In this document: positions 38,350 to 47,673 of the stretch, in pieces
Position numbering within the stretch: the first letter of the stretch is position 1
Layout of the letters: each line of letters begins with the position of its first letter
From: an uncultured Chloroflexia bacterium
GTDB taxonomy: Bacteria > Chloroflexota > Chloroflexia > QHBQ01 > JADMIH01
DNA: 64,000 nt
Direction of reading: 5' to 3'
Assembly: GCA_963797095.1 (NCBI GenBank)
Contig: CAWCNY010000004.1
Location: 32,001-96,000 of the forward strand
Notes under the pieces: model-generated
Seen by the model: the letters and a program-made list of their open reading frames with translations, nothing else
What the model was told of the DNA's origin: nothing
Database searches by the model: none
Made by a program: the position numbers and the translations under genes

Positions 38350-40845
38350 TTGTCCCTCGTAAGTAACGCCGACCAGGAGTTGGAATTCGAATACGAACTG
38401 GTCAATGAAGAGAGGCGACCCTTCTGGGTGCGCTACAGTACCATACTTATCCTGGCGGCTATTCTAATAGTCGCTGCCTTCTTCCGTTTCTACGACCGAA
38501 ACTTTGACCAGGGCACTAGCCAGCACCCCGATGAAATCGCAATCGTGGGGCACACACTTGGGCTGACCTGGCCGACATCAATTCAGCAGGTATTTGATCC
38601 GCAGAATAGCCCGCTGAATTTACGCGCCCACGACCGCTATCCCTGGGGGTCGCTGCCGGTCTATATTTCACGAACGGCGGCATGGGTGGCCGACCAGATC
38701 GCCCCAATCTTCAACCCCAGTATCAAGGGCTACTATTTGCAGGATTATCTCGGGGCGCAGATGGTCGGGCGGACGATGGCCTCGATCTTCGATCTGATCA
38801 GCATCTTGCTGGTGTTTCTGATCGCGCGCAGGCTTTTCTCGACACGAACCGCGCTTATTGCTGCCGCGCTTGTCGCCTTATCGGTCACCAACATACAGAT
38901 TGCGCACTTCTATATCACCGAACCCTTTATGGTCGCCTTCATGTTGGCCGGGCTTTACTTCTGTGTTGTGCTAATGCAAAAGCCTTCGTGGTGGGCCGCC
39001 GCGCTTGCGGGCCTGTTTGTCGGCTTCTCTGTAGCCTCGAAAGTTACGAGCGCGCTCATTTTCTTGATGATTATTGCGGCAATCGTGTTGCGAGCGGCCT
39101 ACAGGAAGCGCAGCCGGACGTTGGGAGCAGAGCTGGACGACCCGGTCGGGGTGGTGCCTGCCTCGACTGAGGAACGGTCGCTCACATTTGGACAGCACCT
39201 GCGGCGCGGGCTTGCGCGCTACGCAGTAATTGGCGCGCTTTTCACGCTGATAGGCTTCCAGATAGGCGAGCCATACGCGCTGTGGCAGTTCGACTTTTCC
39301 CGGTTTCATGCCGCGCCGGGGCAAGCTGATACCATCCAGAACGCCTTGCAGAACTTCATGGAGACCAACCCGTGGGGATTGGGCATTGTTCAAGAGGCCG
39401 GATATCAAAGCGGGTCCGACCAGGCAGACATACCTTACACGCGCCAATATGTGGGCACGGTGCCGGTGCTCTACCAGTTCGAGCAGGTGGTGTTCTGGGG
39501 CGTTGGCGTAGTGCCTGGATTGATTATGGTGGCGGGGATATTGGTGGCGTTGTGGCTTGCTCTCAAGCGCAAGCCAGCAGAGATATTGCTGCTATCATTC
39601 GCTATACCTTACTTCGCCACCATCCTGATCGGCGAAACGAAGTGGATGCGGTACATGCTGCCGTTGGTGCCAGTGTTTGCAATTCTGGGGGCGGCACTTC
39701 TGGTACGCGGGGCGGTGTGGGCCGGAAAACGATGGCCGAAGAGGAGCAGAGAGCGGGCACTCAGCGTGCGGTCGCTTCAGCGAAATCTGTTCCCGATCTT
39801 GACGGTTGGGGCATTATTGTTCTCACTGCTCTGGTCGATCGCCTATTTCAACGTGTACACGCATGATCATACGCGCGTGCTTGCGGGCCAATGGGCCGAT
39901 AATAACCTTCCTGCCGGAGCTTCGATCAGCAGCGAGGGATGGGACGCAGGGCTACCCGGCTTACAGGGGTTCACGCAGGGAGATCAGTACACCTTTAACC
40001 TATATGATGATCGCCCATTGGAGGACGAGTTCAACTATATCAAGGACTTGTTGGGTAGGGTTGATGTGATCGCGATCGCGAGCGACCGGCTTTATGGGTC
40101 GATTCCGCGCCTGCCGTGGCGTTATCCGGTTCAGACGCAGTTCTACCAGCTTCTGTACGCCGAGAAACTCGGTTATGTGCGCGTGCACACCGAGCAAGTA
40201 ATGCCGGAGATTTTCGGCATCCAATTCAACGACCAGTTGGCGGACGAAAGCTTCACGGTTTACGACCACCCTCGGGTGGATATCTTCCAGAAGGTGACCA
40301 CGCTGACTGACGACCAGTTGCGGCTGCTATTCAGCACATCGCTCAATTTCCCGCTTGAGGAATACAGTACGGCACGGCACGGCTCATTGGAAGATGACAA
40401 ATCGTTGATGTACGGGCAGCCTATTGCCGATCAGCCTGCAGTCGGAGACTACTCGTGGAATCCGCTGGCACAGGAGGACACGCAGTGGATAGGTGTCTTC
40501 TTGTGGCTGCTTGCTGTGTATGTCATCGGGTTTGCCGCCATGCCGGTCATATTTACTGTGATGCGGCGACTACCGGACCGGGGCTACGCATTTGCCAAGG
40601 TGGCGGGGTTGCTGGTGGTGTCGTGGATCGTCTGGATGCTGGCTAGCGCACATTTGGTGCCCTTCACTGTGTGGAGCGTGGTGTTCGCGCTGGCGGTGCT
40701 GGCGGGGATTTCTGTGCTGCTGTGGAGGCTGGGAGCGCGGGGTGAAATCATCGACTTCATGAGGCGGAAGCGAAGTCTTGTGGTGTTTTACGAGGTGATT
40801 TTCCTGCTTTCGTTCGCCGCGATGCTGGTGGTGAGGAATGCTTAA
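38350..40845 (+). CDS. GT-C (PMT/ArnT-like) glycosyltransferase plus the start of a DUF2298 domain; 5' part of a split gene
   Basis: HPDE, multiple TM helices, PYTRQY, KWMRYMLP, ADESFTVYDHP; ends with LPDRGYAFAK TM segments. Confidence 0.75.
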   Translation: MSLVSNADQELEFEYELVNEERRPFWVRYSTILILAAILIVAAFFRFYDRNFDQGTSQHPDEIAIVGHTLGLTWPTSIQQVFDPQNSPLNLRAHDRYPWGSLPVYISRTAAWVADQIAPIFNPSIKGYYLQDYLGAQMVGRTMASIFDLISILLVFLIARRLFSTRTALIAAALVALSVTNIQIAHFYITEPFMVAFMLAGLYFCVVLMQKPSWWAAALAGLFVGFSVASKVTSALIFLMIIAAIVLRAAYRKRSRTLGAELDDPVGVVPASTEERSLTFGQHLRRGLARYAVIGALFTLIGFQIGEPYALWQFDFSRFHAAPGQADTIQNALQNFMETNPWGLGIVQEAGYQSGSDQADIPYTRQYVGTVPVLYQFEQVVFWGVGVVPGLIMVAGILVALWLALKRKPAEILLLSFAIPYFATILIGETKWMRYMLPLVPVFAILGAALLVRGAVWAGKRWPKRSRERALSVRSLQRNLFPILTVGALLFSLLWSIAYFNVYTHDHTRVLAGQWADNNLPAGASISSEGWDAGLPGLQGFTQGDQYTFNLYDDRPLEDEFNYIKDLLGRVDVIAIASDRLYGSIPRLPWRYPVQTQFYQLLYAEKLGYVRVHTEQVMPEIFGIQFNDQLADESFTVYDHPRVDIFQKVTTLTDDQLRLLFSTSLNFPLEEYSTARHGSLEDDKSLMYGQPIADQPAVGDYSWNPLAQEDTQWIGVFLWLLAVYVIGFAAMPVIFTVMRRLPDRGYAFAKVAGLLVVSWIVWMLASAHLVPFTVWSVVFALAVLAGISVLLWRLGARGEIIDFMRRKRSLVVFYEVIFLLSFAAMLVVRNA

Positions 40846-43800
40846 TCCCGACGTGTGGCACACGGTATTTGGCGGCGAGAAGACTATGGAGTTCGGGTTC
40901 CTCAACGCGACGCTGCGAAGCCCATGGATGCCGCCTGCTGACCCGTTCTTCGCCGGGGGATACATCAATTACTATTATCATGGTCAGTTCATTATCGCCT
41001 GTCTTATTAAGTTGATCGGGATCGACCCGGCAATCGCGTTCAACCTGGGACTTGCCATCATTTTCGCGCTTACTTTTCTGGCAGCGGCCTCTATCGTTTA
41101 CAACGTGGTGGCGTGGAGCCGCGCCAGACGTGGCAGCCTTTATGAAGTGTCGCGGGTGGGGATGACGTTCGCCTTGCTTGGCGGAATCCTGATGATGGTT
41201 ATCGGGAATTTATCGACTATTGTGCAATATGTCTGGGTTATCTTCCCCGGCACCGCGAATACTCTCATGGAGTGGGGACGCAACCTTGGGTTTACGACCG
41301 AGGGTCTGGCGTGGGGTGCCCGCCCTGAGTTCTACTTCTGGCCTCCGAGCCGAGTGATCACGAACACGATCAATGAGTTCCCCTACTGGAGCTTCCTGTA
41401 TGGGGACCTGCACCCGCATTTGATAGATATGCCGTTCACGCTGATGGCTGCCGCAATCGGCGTAAATCTTGCGCTGGCCGGGCGTTACATGCTGTCGGGC
41501 GTGGGTACGGGCGTGAGCAGATTCGCAGACCTACGGGTTCGAGTAGTATCCGCGCTACAGTGGCTCTGGGGACGGGGAGGAGCAGGCGTACTGTCTTTTG
41601 GCTTCACCGCGTTATCGTTGGGCGGGTTGTTCGTCACAAACTCGTGGGACTTCCCGACCTACGCGGGACTGCTTGGGGGCGCGGTCTTTATTGCACTGCT
41701 CTTGTCACGCAAGGCGAGCCCCACCGATGTTGATGGGCGGATTTTGGACGCGCCAAAGGTCGATAGGCCGCTGGGGTTCAGGGGTGGGCTCACGCTCACA
41801 ATCACTGCATTTGTGGCCGTGGGGGCTGTGGCCGGATTGGCCGTCCTGGCTTACTTGCCGTTCTTCTTGAACTTCAAGGCGTTCTTCACCAGGTTGATGC
41901 CCCTGGTTGACGGGGGGTTGATACCCGGTACCGGCACGATCATGCACCGCACGACGATATGGGAGTTCCTGGGCGTGTGGGGCATTTTCTTGTTTATCGC
42001 GCTGTCTTATCTTGGTGCCCGCCTCTGGAACTTCCCGTGGCGCGCGGCGCTTGCCGACCTGTTAGGCTTGGTGCCAATCGGGCGCGATGCTGCCGGGCAA
42101 CCGAACTTGAGTCCCGCAAGCCCCATTATGTACGAACCAGAGGGCAGGCGGCCACCTGGTCTGTTCTTCCCGATGCGAAAAGCTCGCAGGTTTGAGCTGG
42201 CCCTGGCTTTTTCGGGGGGATCGGGTCCGGCAAATGGCAGCTCAGACATGTACTTCCGTGCCGCCGACCAGACCGGGGATGACTTACGCGAGGCACAGGG
42301 CGCGGATAGTGAGGCCACCGAGGGAGATGGAAGCGTACCTGTAGAGACGGTTTCAGAGGTAGACGAGGTCAGCTTGTCCAGGACCAGCAATTCGGATGAG
42401 AGTGCAGGTTCTTCGTATGATGCAATTCTCGCGCTGGTCGGCGATCGCGAGGGCGGCGGGATCCAGGACATTGTAAGGGTGGACGACGCGATAGATGCCG
42501 TGGGTGAGAATGGCAGAAGTAGAGAAGTCGAAGTGGTGCCTGCGCCTGCGGTCAACAATTGGGTTGCCGAAGCGCACCATGAAGTTCGACGCCAGCGTGT
42601 GGCTCCGGTAGGCGCGGCTAGCTACCAACCAGGCGTAATACCGTTGTGGGCGGGATTTGCGATCCTTGCGGCAAGTGCCGCGCTGACGGCGCTTCAAGTC
42701 GCCACCGGGCAGCAGGTGCTCGCGTTGCTTGTGGCGCTTATCGGGGGACTTATCGGCACGCTCTTGAGCACGACGCGTTCGGGGGCGGCTCTTGCGGGGG
42801 GACTGCTCCTGGTAGTCGGGCTGATTGTGACGCTCGGGGTTGAAGTGGTCTATTTGAGCGATCATCTGGCCGGTGGCGATCTCTACCGTATGAATACGGT
42901 GTTCAAGTTCTATGTACAGGCGTGGGGCTTGATAGCAATCGGGGGAGCAATCGCTGTTTACTACATCCTGTACGGCGTTCGCGACCGTACCGAGCCTGAA
43001 CCCGATGTAGAGCGCGAGAGGGTCGATGAATCCCCATCGCCAGACGAGTATGATGACTTTGACTCACTACACCTGGCAGACCACGACGCGGACCGCTCGG
43101 TACACCCGAACGGGGCAGTTGAAAGCAACAGCCACGAAGCCAGCCGGGTGACCGTACCATTGCCGGGCACGCATCCTACAACTAACTGGCTCGTGTGGTC
43201 GACCGAAGATATAGCTGGCACGAGCATACCGACCACGGAGCCCGCGGACTCTGAGGCTACATCAGCAGACGGCACGCCGACAGCCCCTCTTGAGGAGAGC
43301 ATACCATCGCTGGTTACACGCCCTCTCCAGACGAGAAGTGACGCTCAAATGCAAGAGGAGGCGAGGGAGGTTGAGTATTTGGAGGAGCCCATACCTGAGC
43401 CTGTGGAGCAGGCGTTGGGCCTCTTGAACATCCGGTGGACCGCCAGCCGAATTGTGTGGGCGGCGTTTGCAATACTTTTCTTGCTGGTCGGGTTTATTTT
43501 CCCGATATATGGAACGCCCTCCAAACTGAAGGAGCGTATTCAGCCTGACACTCCGATTGGGACGCTGAGCGGTCTGAGCTACATGCAGAACGCAGTCTAC
43601 AGTACCGATCAAGCCCCCTTCCCAATTGAAATGAAGTACGACTACGAGGGGATCAACTGGCTCAACGCTCATGTAAATGGGCTAGCTACGATTGCCGAGC
43701 TGCCCGCTGAATACTACCGGGCAGGCGGTATGCGTGTGGCGTCGAACACAGGGCTGCCGATGGTTATAGGTGGATTGCACCAGGACGAGCAGCGCGCCGA

Positions 43801-44725
43801 TGTGTATGCGCGGCTGGTAGGAGACCGGCAGCGCGATGTTAATGAGCTTTATACCACACCTGACATACAGACGGCGCTGACTATCATCAGCAAGTACGAC
43901 ATAGACTACATTTACCTGGGGCAACTAGAGCAAGGCTACGTCATGCAACAGGAGCAGACCAACCACATCTCAGCACAAGCCGCGATTGGGAAGTTCGCGC
44001 AAATGGCCGACCCGGAGATAGGCATCTTGAAGCGGGTATGTTGCGACGATCCGCCGGGGGGTGTGGTTGGCACGATTATCTACCAGGTGACACGAGAGAA
44101 GGACAAGGACCCCAAGACGCTGGTTGGCTCGCCTGTTGAGGGTTCAGGGCTGCCCGGCATCTCAATCACGCCATTGCCGACGAGCACACCTGTGCCTCCG
44201 CCCACACCTCCTGTAGACGATCCGCAGCTAAAGGCGCTCATTAATGACGTCACGGCAGATCCCAACAATCGCGACAAGCGGGTCAAGCTCGTCGAGTGGT
44301 ACCGAGACAACGGATATCCGCTAGAGGCTGCCAAGCAGCTTGAGATTCTTGTGCAGCAAAATCCCGCTGATGTTGCACTTCGCCACCAATTGGGGGATAT
44401 GTATAATGCAGCAGGGATGCCCGACGAGGCGCTGAAGGCATGGGAGGACGCACGCGATGTGGCACCTAACAACCCAGACGCGCATAACAAGGTGGGGATT
44501 GCATATCTGGAGCGCAAGAGATACGATGAAGCGCTGCACGAGTTCCAAGAAGCGGTGCAGGTAGATCCGAGCTATGTGGAAGCGTGGTATCACATGGGCG
44601 AAGTCTACGAACGGAAAGGCGACCGCGACGGAGCCAAGAGCGCTTACCAGAGCGTCATTGACAATAGCCGCGAGCCCAATGGCTGGAAAGATGATGCCCA
44701 AAAGAGGCTGGATGCCCTGAAATGA
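40838..44725 (+). CDS. DUF2298 (YYY) membrane glycosyltransferase-like protein with C-terminal TPRs; 3' part of a split gene
   Basis: NPDVWH..GGEK.ME, YINYYYHG, INEFPYWSFLYGDLHPH, NSWDFP, RMNTVFKFY; TPR repeats at the C-terminus. Confidence 0.8.
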   Translation: MLNPDVWHTVFGGEKTMEFGFLNATLRSPWMPPADPFFAGGYINYYYHGQFIIACLIKLIGIDPAIAFNLGLAIIFALTFLAAASIVYNVVAWSRARRGSLYEVSRVGMTFALLGGILMMVIGNLSTIVQYVWVIFPGTANTLMEWGRNLGFTTEGLAWGARPEFYFWPPSRVITNTINEFPYWSFLYGDLHPHLIDMPFTLMAAAIGVNLALAGRYMLSGVGTGVSRFADLRVRVVSALQWLWGRGGAGVLSFGFTALSLGGLFVTNSWDFPTYAGLLGGAVFIALLLSRKASPTDVDGRILDAPKVDRPLGFRGGLTLTITAFVAVGAVAGLAVLAYLPFFLNFKAFFTRLMPLVDGGLIPGTGTIMHRTTIWEFLGVWGIFLFIALSYLGARLWNFPWRAALADLLGLVPIGRDAAGQPNLSPASPIMYEPEGRRPPGLFFPMRKARRFELALAFSGGSGPANGSSDMYFRAADQTGDDLREAQGADSEATEGDGSVPVETVSEVDEVSLSRTSNSDESAGSSYDAILALVGDREGGGIQDIVRVDDAIDAVGENGRSREVEVVPAPAVNNWVAEAHHEVRRQRVAPVGAASYQPGVIPLWAGFAILAASAALTALQVATGQQVLALLVALIGGLIGTLLSTTRSGAALAGGLLLVVGLIVTLGVEVVYLSDHLAGGDLYRMNTVFKFYVQAWGLIAIGGAIAVYYILYGVRDRTEPEPDVERERVDESPSPDEYDDFDSLHLADHDADRSVHPNGAVESNSHEASRVTVPLPGTHPTTNWLVWSTEDIAGTSIPTTEPADSEATSADGTPTAPLEESIPSLVTRPLQTRSDAQMQEEAREVEYLEEPIPEPVEQALGLLNIRWTASRIVWAAFAILFLLVGFIFPIYGTPSKLKERIQPDTPIGTLSGLSYMQNAVYSTDQAPFPIEMKYDYEGINWLNAHVNGLATIAELPAEYYRAGGMRVASNTGLPMVIGGLHQDEQRADVYARLVGDRQRDVNELYTTPDIQTALTIISKYDIDYIYLGQLEQGYVMQQEQTNHISAQAAIGKFAQMADPEIGILKRVCCDDPPGGVVGTIIYQVTREKDKDPKTLVGSPVEGSGLPGISITPLPTSTPVPPPTPPVDDPQLKALINDVTADPNNRDKRVKLVEWYRDNGYPLEAAKQLEILVQQNPADVALRHQLGDMYNAAGMPDEALKAWEDARDVAPNNPDAHNKVGIAYLERKRYDEALHEFQEAVQVDPSYVEAWYHMGEVYERKGDRDGAKSAYQSVIDNSREPNGWKDDAQKRLDALK

Positions 44726-44803
44726 TGCCATGCTTCGGGAGCGTAGTGCCGCCGAGCGCCCGCGCGGCATATTTATCATAATTAGATGTGTATGCCGAAT
44801 GGC

Positions 44804-44833
44804 TTGACAGGGCATAATTCTATCAACTATAAT
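44804..44833 (+). promoter_or_regulatory. Consensus sigma70 promoter of the liv operon
   Basis: TTGACA-18 bp-TATAAT. Confidence 0.75.
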
Positions 44834-44839
44834 CTGCCT

Positions 44840-45123
44840 ACGCCGACGACCGAGGATATACGGCAACTCCTGACAACTGTCTGAGTCCGTGGGTGTGGAA
44901 AGAGACCACAACGCGCTCCTATGAGAGCAGATGTCTATTCCTTTAGTGGGGAGGTGATTAGCCCCAGAGGACCACGCAAGGTAGCGCATCCACAGTCCAT
45001 TCATGGGGTCCGGGCAACCCTTCATGCGGAATGAACGGCATGATACGTGAGATTAGTCTTCACGTCATGCTGGTAAGGCTACCACAATTGTTACACTGAG
45101 AATTTTGGAGGAGAGTTCAAATT
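44840..45123 (+). ncRNA. Candidate structured cis-regulatory 5' leader (unassigned)
   Basis: About 285 nt between promoter and livK, with many hand-found stems (see findings). Confidence 0.35.
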
Positions 45124-46473
45124 ATGAAATCCGCTAAATTTAGATTGACGATTACGTCGCTGATAATGGCAACAAGTATGTTGCTGGCAGCATGCGGCGA
45201 AACGCCAACCGCCACTCCACTACCAGCGCCTACCAATACGGTTGGCACGGCGGCTCAACCCACCGATACGGTGGCGATGGCTGAACCTACAGCCACCACC
45301 GCGATGGCCGAGCCGACCGCCACTACGGGCGGTGGCGAAATGACATTTGAGGGCGACACGATCAAGATCGGTGTTGACCTCCCGACCTCCGGGGCAGATG
45401 CCTCCAGCGGTGTGCCTGCGCGCAACGGAGCAGAGCTTGCTATTGAGCAGGCCAATGCTAATGGTGGCCTCACAATCGGCGGCAAGACGTACAAGATCGA
45501 AATGTATGCGTTGGACGATGCGATTAACGGCGTACACAACCCGGAGCAGGGTGCCAAGAACGCCCAGTCGTTCATTGCCGACCCCGCTGTGCTTGGTGTG
45601 CTCGGCCCGTTCAACTCGAACGTGGCTCGTGCCATGATGCCGATCCTGAATAACGCTGACATGCCGTCTATCAGCCCGTCGAATACCGGCCCGTCGCTCA
45701 CCAAGCCCGAGTACGGCGAGGTAGCGACTCTGCGCCCAACCGGAAAAGTGACTTACTTCCGCGTCTGCGCGACTGACGACCTGCAAGGACCGGCAGCAGC
45801 CGACTTCATGTACGACAAGCTGAACATGCGAAAGATCTATATCCTGGACGACACTGAGACCTACGGCAAGGGCATCGCGGACCAGGTGAATATGCAGTTC
45901 GTTGCCCGTGGCGGCACCGTCATCGCCCAGGAAGGCGTTCCGAAGAACACGACCGACTTCCGCACGATCCTCACCAAGATCGCAGGCACCAATCCCGATG
46001 GCATCTTCTATGGCGGCACCACCTCCAATGGTTTGGGACTGGCCCGCAAGCAGATGGAAGATGTGGGACTTGATATCCCGTTCATGGGCGGTGATGGAAT
46101 TGTTGAGGGTCAATTCGTTACCGATGCCGGCGACAATGGCGACGGAAGCTATGGAACAGTAGCTGCTGTGAACGCCGAGACGCTTCCTGAGGCCAAGGAC
46201 TTCCTTGATGCATATCAGGCCAAGTACAACGAAAAAGTGGGCGCTTACAGTGCACCGATGTTTGATGCTGCCAACATCATGATCGACGCCATCAAGCGCG
46301 CAGGCAGCCTTGACCGCGAATCTGTGCGTCTGGCTCTGCTCGACCTGAAGGAGTGGAACGGCGCTATCGGTACGACGGGGTTCGACGAGAACGGCGACAC
46401 CACCAACAAGTGGATCTCTGTCTACGAAGTTAAGGATGGTGATTGGGCATTCGTAGACCAGAAGAAGTATTAG
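45124..46473 (+). CDS. livK: Branched-chain amino acid ABC transporter substrate-binding lipoprotein
   Basis: LAAC lipobox, PT-rich linker, GPFNS, ISPSNT, YFRVCATDDLQG, YGKGIA. Confidence 0.9.
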   Translation: MKSAKFRLTITSLIMATSMLLAACGETPTATPLPAPTNTVGTAAQPTDTVAMAEPTATTAMAEPTATTGGGEMTFEGDTIKIGVDLPTSGADASSGVPARNGAELAIEQANANGGLTIGGKTYKIEMYALDDAINGVHNPEQGAKNAQSFIADPAVLGVLGPFNSNVARAMMPILNNADMPSISPSNTGPSLTKPEYGEVATLRPTGKVTYFRVCATDDLQGPAAADFMYDKLNMRKIYILDDTETYGKGIADQVNMQFVARGGTVIAQEGVPKNTTDFRTILTKIAGTNPDGIFYGGTTSNGLGLARKQMEDVGLDIPFMGGDGIVEGQFVTDAGDNGDGSYGTVAAVNAETLPEAKDFLDAYQAKYNEKVGAYSAPMFDAANIMIDAIKRAGSLDRESVRLALLDLKEWNGAIGTTGFDENGDTTNKWISVYEVKDGDWAFVDQKKY

Positions 46474-46540
46474 TCTCGCCGAGAATCTGGCTCTGATGCC
46501 TTGTCGGTGGGTCTACCACAAGGTAGGCAAAACCAGTCAA

Positions 46541-46575
46541 ATGTACAGAGCGGGCTTATCGCCCGCTCTGTATAT
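46541..46575 (+). terminator. Intercistronic hairpin after livK (mRNA stabiliser or partial terminator)
   Basis: TACAGAGCGGGC-TTATC-GCCCGCTCTGTA; no strong U tract. Confidence 0.6.
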
Positions 46576-46669
46576 CCGTTAATCGCTTTACCGTTCTTCG
46601 GGCCTGGTCTGGAGTGGGGGGAAAGTGAACACCCAGCGCATATTTCAGAGCTAGAGGAGCCACTCACTA

Positions 46670-47656
46670 ATGGAATTCTTCACAGATTTCTGGAATTGTA
46701 TCACTCAAGGTGGCGTGACCCAATTGCTTCAGCAGTTGGTTAATGGCCTAGCCAAAGGATCGATCTATTCGCTAATTGCACTCGGCTACACGATGGTGTA
46801 CGGTATCGTCGAGTTAATTAACTTCGCGCACGGCGATCTATTCATGCTTGGTTCGTTCATTGCGCTGACGCTTCTCACTCTTTTAGGGATAACAGGTTTG
46901 GTGGGCGGTGGGACGTTAGCAGTCATTGGCGTACTTGCTCTGGTGTTTGTTGTTACGATGTTGATCACGGGGGTGCTGGGCGTAGTGGTTGAACGGGTTG
47001 CCTATAAGCCGCTGCGAAATGCGCCGAGGGTAGCTCCGCTGATATCGGCAATAGGCATGTCATTCATATTGCAGAACATTGGGCAGATATGGAAGGGTCC
47101 TTCGCCCGTTAATTTTCCCAGCATATTTAAAAATCAGTTCGTAAGAGTGGAATGGCTCGGCGGGATCAGACTTGGTCTCAAAGATGGTTTCGTAATTGTG
47201 ATTGCCCTTCTCCTCATGGTAGCCTTAACCTTTTTTGTCCAACGAACCAAGCTCGGGAAAGCAATGCGCGCAACCGCACAAGACTATGATACTTCAGCTA
47301 TCGTGGGGATTAACGTAAACGCGACGATTAGTCTGACTTTCTTAATCGGCGCGATGCTGGCGGGCGCTGCCGGTCTTATATACGGCATTTATTTTGGGAG
47401 CGTTTGGTTCGTCCAGGGGTATCAGGCCGGGCTTAAGGCTTTCACCTCCGCTGTACTCGGGGGCATCGGCAATATACCCGGCGCTATGCTCGGTGGTCTG
47501 TTAATCGGGTTGACCGAGGCTATGAGCGACCAGTACGGCGGATGTATAGGGCTGGGAACGCAGTGGACCAACGCCGTGGTATTCGCGGTGCTCATTTTGA
47601 TACTTGTTTTCCGGCCATCAGGCATCCTGGGCCAGCAGGTTCCGGAAAAGGCATAG
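46670..47656 (+). CDS. livH: BCAA ABC transporter permease
   Basis: YSLIALGYTMVYG..INFAHG, GKAMRA, AVLGGIGNIPGA. Confidence 0.92.
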   Translation: MEFFTDFWNCITQGGVTQLLQQLVNGLAKGSIYSLIALGYTMVYGIVELINFAHGDLFMLGSFIALTLLTLLGITGLVGGGTLAVIGVLALVFVVTMLITGVLGVVVERVAYKPLRNAPRVAPLISAIGMSFILQNIGQIWKGPSPVNFPSIFKNQFVRVEWLGGIRLGLKDGFVIVIALLLMVALTFFVQRTKLGKAMRATAQDYDTSAIVGINVNATISLTFLIGAMLAGAAGLIYGIYFGSVWFVQGYQAGLKAFTSAVLGGIGNIPGAMLGGLLIGLTEAMSDQYGGCIGLGTQWTNAVVFAVLILILVFRPSGILGQQVPEKA

Positions 47657-47673
47657 AGGATAGAGGAGCAGAT

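Noticed and set aside
44840-45123. T-box riboswitch or leader-peptide attenuator for liv
   Set aside because: No GGTGGNACC T-box and no U-tailed terminator. The short ORF from 44921 (MRADVYSF...) has no run of BCAA codons.
45200-45330. Repeats in livK (AMAEPTATT x2) and PT-rich linkers elsewhere
   Set aside because: Ordinary low-complexity lipoprotein linkers, not an array.
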